From NCBI GenBank assembly GCA_963514005.1, contig OY740821.1, positions 12,462,001-12,526,000 on the forward strand: 64,000 nucleotides of DNA, in the 5' to 3' direction. Shown one piece after another: positions 49,649-59,700 of the stretch. The notes below the pieces were generated by a model, which was not told the DNA's origin, made no database searches, and saw only the letters and a list, made by a program, of their open reading frames with translations. The stretch comes from Raja brachyura (Eukaryota). Every line of letters starts with the position of its first letter. Positions within the stretch are counted from its first letter, which is position 1. The position numbers and the translations under genes are program-made.

Positions 49649-50744
49649 TTAGATGATTTGCATCTCAAAATGGGAAATTATTAAATAATAGACTGATAAT
49701 AAGAATAGTTAACTGAAAATACAACATTTTATATAAGTGAAAGGAGCAAAGTGGTTTCAATGTACAGCTATACAAACTATTCAAGGTGTCGATGGACCAG
49801 AAGATGTGTCAATTTTGATTTTGGAAAAGGACAAATTAAATACTTGATTTTTTTTCAAATCTTAGGAAAAGAATACAAAGACAAGTTAAAACTGGGCAAC
49901 AATTCGAACATTGTGTACAGTTGTGGCAAACTGATCAAAAAGTGCAGTGAAACTTTACCAGAACTGATGAGTCAGTCCATTAGTGTGGAGAGACTTGTTT
50001 AAAATTAGGCTTTCACTGAGTTTGATGGCTTTATCCTTGTATCTAACGCCAGAAATATGTTTAGTGCACGGGTTTCTTCCTCGAATTTAAATTGGCATTG
50101 CTGGTGATTACTTCAGTTCACATTAATGAACTGTGAAAACAAATAACAATGAATAACGGAACAGAATAGTGAAATGGATGTTTGAGTTCATTGTTAAAAG
50201 ATCTGATTAATCTGATAATGAGCGTTTCTTCTTCATATCTGCCAAAAAAGGGAATAACATCATTTATCAATGGTGTTTTTAGCTTACTGTTGTATGCAAA
50301 AAAACCCCTGCTGTTTTCTATTGTATAGGTGTTAGTAATTTATATGTGAAAATAACTGGATTATTTGAGGAAGATGAAAACGTGTTGGATGATCTTGTAT
50401 GGCAGAATGATAGGTTGCAAGTTGTAGTGTTAGTTTGTGTTTTATGGCTGATTCATGGGCATTTCTCAATCGAGTTTCTATTAGAGCAAGTCAAGTCCAA
50501 AATAACACTTACAGGAATTACAAATTTACTAAATATGACAACGTTTAAATAGCAAGAGTGGCAGCAGCTTTTGCAAATTGGTATGAACAGTTGGTGTTGT
50601 GATTCTTTATGCAGAGGCTTTTTCCCCCCATCCTAAATCACCATCACATGGGTATGCTTTAATGTTCTTTGAAGGAATGTCAATGAAGATGATAGTTGGC
50701 CTTGTCCAGTGGACAATTTTCATTATTTGTGTATTCGCCTTCAT

Positions 50745-50830
50745 CTCAAGTCAAGTCAAGTCAGGTTTATTCGTCGCATACACATACGAGATGTGCAGTG
50801 AAATGAAAAGTGACAATGCTTGCGGATTGT
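50745..50830 (-). mobile_element. LINE 3' tail with (TCAAG)n microsatellite (Rex1-like)
   Basis: TCAAGTCAAGTCAAGTCAGGTTTATT...GTGAAATGAAA. Confidence 0.5.
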
Positions 50831-52129
50831 AGTGGAATAGGAATTCATTTTTTGATTATTGAAAAATAAAAATGCTAAAGATGCAGAAAATCTGATATTT
50901 ATAAAATCAAAATGCTGGGCATAACACTGCAGATCAAGGGGCATCTGCAGAGAGAGCCAAACAATGAATGTTTCAGGTGTAGTCACTGTTCAGAGCTGGA
51001 AAAGCCACCTGAAACAGTGACTCTTCCTCTCTCCACAGACGCTGCTTGACCTGGGATGTAACCCTTGTATTTTCAACTTTTGCTAAACATTCTGGTTAAC
51101 TAGTTTCAGTTAACTTCAGATTTAAATGAATTGGTGCAGTTGTACAAGTTTTAGGATTTTAAGATACAATGTGGAAGGAAAAACCTGCAGCATCACCTAC
51201 CTGCAACACCAGGACATCATTCTCATGTGTTTGCCCGGCATGGTTTCCTCATACTACCAAGTTAGGCTTTACTCCTACAGTATGTGAAGGATGAATACCA
51301 ATGGAACAGTGAAGATTATCTACCAGGTAGGTAATTTACTTTGACCACCTCCTCTCTCACTTCTTTCAGTCTTGTAGGCTTTGTTCTTATCACATCTATT
51401 TGGAATCTAACCATATCAGCAGTTATTTATCTCTGTTGCAGGGCAGCTACATGCTTTTTCACATATTGCCAAACATCAATTCAGTTGGAAATTATTGTGA
51501 ATCCTCCACGATGTGAAATGGACATGGGGACCCAGGTTTTAACTTGGTGTGTTGCACAATTTGAAAAGATTTTGACCATCAGCAAACATAACCGTATTTA
51601 AATGTGCTTGATGACTCCAGGGTTAATTCCTGAAGTGGGAAATCTGATATTTTAAATGATTTGCCAAAGACACATCCAGTAGATACATAATTTGTGCAGG
51701 TTATACAAAGTCTGACAATCACTTTTCAGTTGCACAAGTTGAAACTTGGGCTAAATTTGAGTTGAATCATGTCATTCCCAACCCAGTTATAATTGTGTTC
51801 CCTTTTAAAAATACAACTTATGCAAAACACCAAGGTTCACATGAAACAATTACAACCCTGTCCTCTCCCTTCGCCCCCATCATTTGTTTAACGAGCTTTT
51901 GACTGGTAATTTATTTAGTACTATCTGTTTTAAAAACGGTGAACTGCTTTTGAAAGATATGATTTAAAATGTTTCCACATTATTAGCTATCTTTTGGAAA
52001 TGTTTACCAATGGATGACAGGGATGATGATGTAAAAAGAGGTGGACGAATATTTTTGAAATTGAAATGTCAAAAAAGTTCTAAACAACCTACATTTTGAA
52101 CGGTTTTACCAGAATCTCTTTCTTTGTAG

Positions 52130-52253
52130 ATTTGGATAAATTTGCAGCCGATGATATCATGGATCCCATTGCCAAAGCAAAGATGGTGGCATTGAAGGGA
52201 ATTAAAAAGGTCATGGCACAAGGGAACATCACTGTAGCACCAGGGATGAATAG
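52130..52253 (+). CDS. KMT2D: KMT2D exon (ex35 equivalent): DLDKFAADDIMDPIAKAKMVALKGIKKVMAQGNITVAPGMNR
   Basis: ttgtag|AT...AG|gtaggt; 124 nt. Confidence 0.96.
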
Positions 52254-52449
52254 GTAGGTTTTAATTTGATTTTGTGCCGAATAATAAAAAATAGAATTGG
52301 GCAGATTTAATACAAATGGAAATATTTTATTTCGTAATCCAGAATTAGATTTATGTTTCAGTGGAAATCAGATTTAAGCTTAAAGAATATTGAATTTTAA
52401 AAAGTCACTTTGCAATATTCATGGTTAATCAATTTTTATGGTTGCTTAG

Positions 52450-52537
52450 GCAGCAAGTTTCATTATTAGCGCAGAGGTTGGCTGGAGCTCCAGGTACAAA
52501 TGAGGCCCAGACTAAATTGCCACCTGGAAACAGTCAG
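52450..52537 (+). CDS. KMT2D: KMT2D exon (ex36 equivalent): QQVSLLAQRLAGAPG...GNSQ
   Basis: gcttag|G CAG...CAG|gtatgt; 88 nt. Confidence 0.93.
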
Positions 52538-53284
52538 GTATGTCACACCTCTTTTAAAAACTCGCTCATCACTTTTGCGATATTCTTAGTCATGCGTTGA
52601 GTACAGGAAAAGAATAAGTAATAAAAGACAAATAAAATAAGAAAAATAGCTGTTCACATTTTTTCGAGCAAGGAGTGCAATGTACCGTAAAATAATTATC
52701 ATCCTCAGAAAGGTGTTTTGGGGGGTGTTGGTAAGAGGATTGTATTTTGTTTTGTTCAGCTGAAACATGATGTGTATGCTTTTATTTCTTCGGGTTCTTT
52801 TATCCCCAGCAATCATTACCTTGTCCATTGCCCTTCCCTCGGCCAAGGTTCAGCAAAAAATAATTGCAAAGCACATGGGAATTACCAGTAGCCACTTTAC
52901 CAAATATGCATTGGTAAAGGGCCAGCATCTGAAATCGCATTGATTCTGGGTATTAACAATATTTGTCGTTAGTTTTCAAAACTAATTCATTTAATTGAAG
53001 TTTAAAATGTGTCATTCCACATGCATACTAAAAAATAGCACTGTTGTTGAAATTATGTAACTTGATTCACTCCTGAGCATATTTGCATTTTAAAAGTATA
53101 AAAGGGAGTTGATACTTCCTTTTTCATTCCTTACTGCTTGGGTTCACTTGGCTTCACTTGGTTTTTGTTTGTTTCCCATTTCAAAAGTTCAGTATTAATT
53201 TATCCGGAAATCATCAAAATGTATAGATCTGGTTTTGCACAAGTCCAGATCCGCTAATGATTAGGGTTTCCATTTTCCCAACAG

Positions 53285-53348
53285 GAAACTAATAGTGAAC
53301 AGGTGCAGACTCGGCCAAATCCACCAACCTTTGTCCAGGGGTTCGTAA
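53285..53348 (+). CDS. KMT2D: KMT2D exon (ex37 equivalent): ETNSEQVQTRPNPPTFVQGFV(N)
   Basis: caacag|GAA...GTA A|gtaagt; 64 nt; only the donor at 53349 keeps frame with the next exon. Confidence 0.92.
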
Positions 53349-53933
53349 GTAAGTGTTTGGCTTTATTAGTGAACTGCGTGGCAGTTTGCAATCTTGTTGT
53401 TTCGAATTTTCTTTTAAACATAACACTGAAATTTAAGTATATCAATTAAAAATAATACAACTTTAAAATAGAAGACGAGAAGTTCAGATCTGAGCATCTG
53501 CCTCTTTGCAGTCATTTGCGGTTTCTTGACTTTGCAAAAGGGCAGTGGTTGTACATTTTGGCACACTCCTTTGAAATCTTAAGATTGGCTTTCTCTGGTT
53601 CAGGTTTCTCTTGTCAAAAACTTGCATGTTTGGCAACATTCCAGAAGGTGCTACTTGCTAAGTGTCAAGTAAATGCCGTACAGAATCTGTGTGAAGCTCT
53701 GCACTCTACAAAATGTTTTCATTCATGTGAATCTGAATCCCTCGCGTCAAGCTTTTCTAAAGAAACTATAGACTTCCAGCTTTTTCCAGCATTCTGCTGA
53801 AAGAAAATGTCACAACCTCTACTGCTGTTAGATTAATATTTTACCTGTACAGAAATTTTTGTAATTATTATAACTGCAAGCGGATTTAACCTGACCAACC
53901 TTTCAGTGTTCTGAGCAGATTCTTTCAGTTTTA

Positions 53934-54253
53934 AAGCCCTGTCCCACTGTACGAGTTTCTTCAAAGAGTTCTCCCGAGTTTGCCCTGATTCGAACTCGGA
54001 GATTTACGGTAATGGCCAATCGTCTGTATTCGGGGCTCTCGTGGACATTTTTCAACATGTTGGAAAATCTTCACGCGTCTTCCCGAGCTTACCGCGTTTC
54101 CCGAGTACCTGCTGTCAGCGTTACGAGCCGCTAAGAGACGTCCCTGAGCTCCGACGTAACCGCTACGTTCATTCTCCGTGCTTACCACGAGTTTGATTTT
54201 TTTTTTTAACTCGGGAGAGCACTTGAATGAACTCGTACAGTGGGACAGGGCGA
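53934..54253. mobile_element. PIF/Harbinger-type MITE, second family
   Basis: TIR GCCCTGTCCCACTGTACGAGTT / AACTCGTACAGTGGGACAGGGC; TTA on both flanks. Confidence 0.85.
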
Positions 54254-55876
54254 TTATATCAGCTAAATGATATTGTTGGTGACAAGAGAATGAGTCTTTG
54301 TTCGAGCACAAATACACTTGCCCAACATTTTGTGAGTTAAGCTGACAACCAGATTTAAACTCAATGGGGAAACATGCCTGTAACTGTCTACATTGTGCAT
54401 TATACTTTCAGGTACACTAAACATTTGTTTGAAACATCCTCATGCTTCAGGGTGGCGGGAGAAAAATGTGCAAGGGTCAAAATTGCAACCAGCTTTTAAA
54501 ACTGCCTATCTGTTGTGATTGGACCGCCACCAAGCCTTACTAGATAAATCTTAGATAAAGATAAAACTAGATACATTTGTTGCCATGGATCACTCCCCAA
54601 ATCTGTGTGAATTGTTTCTTTATGACCAGGCAAGCCTGCAAAGTTAAACTTTCTGGACATCGTAAGAATGGTAACAGCCCTAAACTGGAAAAAATCTGCA
54701 GGCTTGCAATGGACGAATTGACCCAATCGGATTTGTTGATTTTGTGTCATAATTCTGTTCTATGTCCACTCAGTGATTTTCCAGCTTGAAGAGAGTTCAA
54801 GTCGGATGTTATTTTAATGAGAATCCTGCAAATGTCTGGCAAAGCTGTAATTTTTGCTTGTCGGAATGGGCCGTGATTTGTCAAGTGTCTTTTTCTCAGT
54901 GAATTATTATCTTCTGGGAAGAATGTGATCTCTCACATTCTAGGAAATTCACTTTGATCTGGAGCAAAATTCCCAGTTATAATGGTTTGTGAATCTTAAT
55001 TTCCAAACGTCTGCTGTCACACTAGATTGGCAAGTTGCCTTTTACTATTTGAGCTTGTATTCACATCCACCACCAGAGAATGGAAAGACAACCTCTTCCC
55101 TTTTGTCTAATAGTCCTTTATGGGGAGCCTCAAGCTGTTGGGGGAAAAAAACTGCAGAGGGAAATGGACACATGATAAATTAGCACGTTACTATTTTTCT
55201 TCCAAGATCAAAGTTGTAGAAATGTGAAACACGAAAAGTGCTGAAAAAGTCTTCCAGGATAAAGCAGAATATATGATGAGAGAAACAGTTTGGATGATGG
55301 ATCATTATTTTGAAATGTTACCTTTTTTCATGTCCACGTGCCACCTGGTGCACGAGACTGCTACCAGCATTTTCTATTTAAATTTCTGATTTGTAGGTTT
55401 ATAGATTCAGATGTGCTTTAATCAGCTAGTCAGGTTGCGGAGACTAGTCAGAGTTATTTTTTTCACCACAAAAAATAAGATGCGCAGATGCATTGTGAAG
55501 ATGAAAACAAAATTGTATCTGATATACTGGCAGTATTCTTCTTCAGGCATTGATTTCCTGCATTCAAAAGTACATGATATTCTTTTTAAAAAAGCTCCTT
55601 GCCCTTTTGACATTCCAGTTTTATCAGAGGGAAATGGATCCATTATTATATTTGCATAAGGGAATGTTATTTTTGAATTGTTAACAATATTCAACTTTAT
55701 TTTTAGAAGCTGTTGGCAAAATACCTAACAGAATGTATTTGTTCTTCCATCATTTATCGGTGCTGAATTTAACATCTTGTGCAATAGCTTTCAGGCAACT
55801 GTTAGCAAGGGAAGTAGACACCGAATGATTAGGACTTGCACGTTGTCTAATTATACATTTGGTTCTTGTGCTGTAG

Positions 55877-56109
55877 ATGAGGCAGAGCACCGGCAGTATG
55901 AAGAATGGCTGCTGCACACTCAACAGCTGCTTCAGATGCAGCTGAAATTTTTAGAAGAGCAGATTGGTGTCCACAGAAAGTCGAGAAAAGCATTATGTGC
56001 CAAACAACGGACGGCCAAGAAAGCGGGACGCGAGTTCCCCGAGGCAGATGCAGAGAAACTTAAACGAGTTACAGAGCAACAAAGTAAAATCCAGAAACAA
56101 CTTGATCAG
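55877..56109 (+). CDS. KMT2D: KMT2D exon (ex38 equivalent), conserved coiled coil: NEAEHRQYEEWLLHTQQLLQMQLK...IQKQLDQ
   Basis: ctgtag|AT...CAG|gtacgg; 233 nt. Confidence 0.97.
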
Positions 56110-56778
56110 GTACGGTTTGATGATGAGAGAGTTGACTTAGTCCAGTATCTTCCTTTCTTACCTTGATTTAACAATATGTTTTGCTCAGTAGTTGCTGCAT
56201 GTAATATTGTAAATGCATTAACAGGCATGTGAAAGTTGTTGGTTCCATCTATCTTCCCATCCAATTCATCACCACCTTTATGATGAGACAACCATACATG
56301 CTTAAAGGCATGTTTGGCTACTGTTGCGGTGCCTAAGTATTTTTGAAGCCCTTCAGTATTCTTTCCTTGTATGGAACAGGCATATATTGAAAAATGTACT
56401 TCACACCTTTGTGAAATCAATTTTGTCTCGAGTTCCATTTTTTATTCTCTGAAGCTATAAATCCCTGCTTAAAGTTCCACAGAAACGGGTACATATCTTC
56501 AACCTGTCATCTTAACATGAACATTTCTCTTAATAGAACGGTTTCCCTAATTAGAAAAAAAATTGCCAGCGTTTTGTGGAATGAGCTCTGTCAATGCTGA
56601 AAGTAAACTTTAATTATTATATTTACATCCTCGAAGTATGTACATTTGGTTGGAAAATGAATTGCTCCCATTGAAATTTGTGTTAAATTATTGCTTGTGC
56701 TGATTAAGTGGCTTATTATAAAATTGTCCCTTTTTTTTAACAAAGGTATTTCAAGTTTTTCTAAAAATTGTGTTTCAG

Positions 56779-59700
56779 GTCCGCAAACAGCAAAAGGAAC
56801 ATACAAATCTTATGACAGAATATCGGAATAAACAGCAGCAGAAATGCTCCTTATCTCCCTCGGGGGTGATCGGGACAGCCACATCCCAGAATCCTCGCGT
56901 AATGCCTAAGCTTGCAACACCCATGTTATCGGCAGCACTAGCCCAGCAAGGAGGATCAATCCTTGGACCCCAAGCATTATCGCAACAACCAAATACACTA
57001 ATAGGACACACTGGAAATATACGACTGCCACTTCAACAAGGACCAACTTTCTTAACCTCAGCTGTGACCCAACAGCAAGAATATTCTTCTGCCTCAGCAA
57101 CTGTATCTTCTGCCGCTCCAACGAGCTTTTTTCCTGGAAATTCTGCTGCTCAGACACTTGCGAATGAAAACAGACTCATGCAAGAGAGACACCTTCAGCT
57201 GCAAAGAATGCAGCTTGTTCAACAGCAAGGACTCGTTGGGCCAACTCAGCAACAAAGCATCATGGGGAAATTACAACAACAAAATATCATTGGACAGCTT
57301 CAACCGACGACTCAGCAAAATATTGTCGTCAACAAACCAATATTGACGCAGCAGGCTCTCATGGGCCAACAGCAACAAGGCTTCATTGGACAACAGCAAG
57401 GGATTATTGTCCAATCACAACACCAGCCAGGTCAGCAGCAACTGCCCCAGCCGCACATCGGCCAGGGGCAGCAGCAACCAGGAGCACCGCACCAACAGAG
57501 TCTAGCACCTCAACAGCAGCACCTACGGTTGATGAGTCAACAGCATATGTCTCCAATTGGTCAGCAGCAAGGCCTCCTCCTACATCAGCAATCCCATCAA
57601 CAGGGACTTGCCAATCAACCTAAACCTCCAAGGCCTCAGCAAGGTCTCATGGCACAGCAGTTGGCACATCAGCAAGGTCTTGCGGGTCAACAGCAAGTCC
57701 TTGCTTCTCAACAACAGCAACAGAGTCTAGTTTTACAGCAACAGACATCCAATGCTGTTTTGCAACAGCAAGGACTCATAGGACCTCAACAAGTGAATGT
57801 TTCTCAGAGTCAACAGCTGCCGACAATGACTCCATTGCAACAACATCACCTTCAAGCAGTGTCAGGACAGCTTCACCCACAAAGTGTTATCAGGCAAAAC
57901 AACATCCTTCGGCTGTCCACCCCTTTGCAAGGCCAGCAGCAAAGTACAATGGTTCATCATGCCCGAATGCAGGGTATAATGAGGCAGCAATCGCAAGATG
58001 CTTTGGGACAACACTTAGCATCGCAAGGTATAATTGGACAGCAGACTCCATTGCACGTCCTCAGGCACCAGCTGCCTGGTATAATGGGGCAGGGACAGCA
58101 GCAGCATCAATCCCAAGGCATGGTCACACAGAACATAAGGCAGCAGCATCAGCCCCTCGTATCAATGGAACAAGGACTGCAATCCCAGCCTCAGGGTGCA
58201 ATGACCCAGGGTCAGCATCATCAGACCCAGAGCACAATTGGACAGGGACAGGAGCATCTGCCCCTCACTGCAGTGGGAATGGGCCAGCAGGCACAGCCAC
58301 AACCACCACCCCCAGAGCCCCACGTAACAATGGGGCAGGGAATGGCACAGCAACCTCCCCCAGCCCAGAACATGATTGGGCAACAACAACTGCCACCATC
58401 CCAATCCCATGGGAATATAGGTCAGCAAACACCATCCCAAGCACAGGGTACAATCGGGCAGGGAATGGGACAACCGCTCCAGTGCCAGGCCACCGTGAGA
58501 CAACAGCCCTCGGCCCAGGGCATCGGCGGGCAACAGCCCCAGACTCTGCGCATGGGCACTGTGGGACTACAGCCCCAGTCCATGGGGACTGTGGGACAAC
58601 AGCACCAGACCCAGGCCACCACGGGACTGGGTGCTGGCGGGCAACAGGCCCAGGGCATGGTGGGACAACAGTCCCCAACCCAGGGCACGGTGGGACAACA
58701 AGCCCAGACCCAGGGCACATCGGGTCAACAGGCGCAGGGTAGCGCAGGACAACAGGCCCAGACCCAGGGAACAGTAGCACAACAGGCGCTGACCCAGGAC
58801 ACGGCAGCTCAACGTGCCCAAAGTACCGCAGGTCAACAGGCCCAGCCCCAGGGCACTGTGGGTCAACAGGCCCAGGGCACAGTAGGACAACAGGCCCTGA
58901 CCCAGGACACAGCGGCTCAACAGACCCAGACCCGGGACATTAGAGGTCAACGTGCCCTGGGCACAGCCGGACAGCAGCCCCCGGCCCAGGGCACTGCGGG
59001 ACAACAGGCTCAGACCCAGGACATGGCTGAACAACAGGCTCAGGACACGGCCGAACAACAGGCCCAGACCCAGGGCGATGCAGGACAACAGACCCAGGGC
59101 AGAGCAGTTCAACAACCCCAGACCCAGGGCACTGAGGCTCCACAACCCCTGTCTCGGGGCACAGCGGGTCCACAGCCCCAGTCCATGGGCACCAGCGGAC
59201 TACAGCCCCAGTCCCAAGGCACTGCGACTCAACCACACCAGATCCTGGGTCCCGGCAAACAACAGCCCCAAACCCTAGGCCCCCGCATACAACAGCCCCA
59301 GTCCATGGGCACCACGACTCAACAGCACGAGACCCAAGGCACCGACGGCCAACAGCCCCAGTCACTGGGCACCGTGACTCAACAGCCCTCTACCCAAACC
59401 ACTGACAGAGAACACACATCCTCGCAGGGCACCAGCGAGCAAGAGCCCCCGTCCCTGGCTACTGACGAACAACAGCCCTCGTCACTGGACACTGCGACTC
59501 AACAGCCACCGACCCAAGGCAATAATGGAGAACACTCCTCATCGCAAGGCACCGATGGCCAACGGCCCCCATCGCAGGGCACCGACAGACAACAGCCCCC
59601 ATTGCTTGGCACCGACGGACAACAGCCACCATCTCAGGGCACCGGACAACAGCCCCAAACCCTGGGCACCGATGGGCAACACCCCCAGACCCAGGGCACC

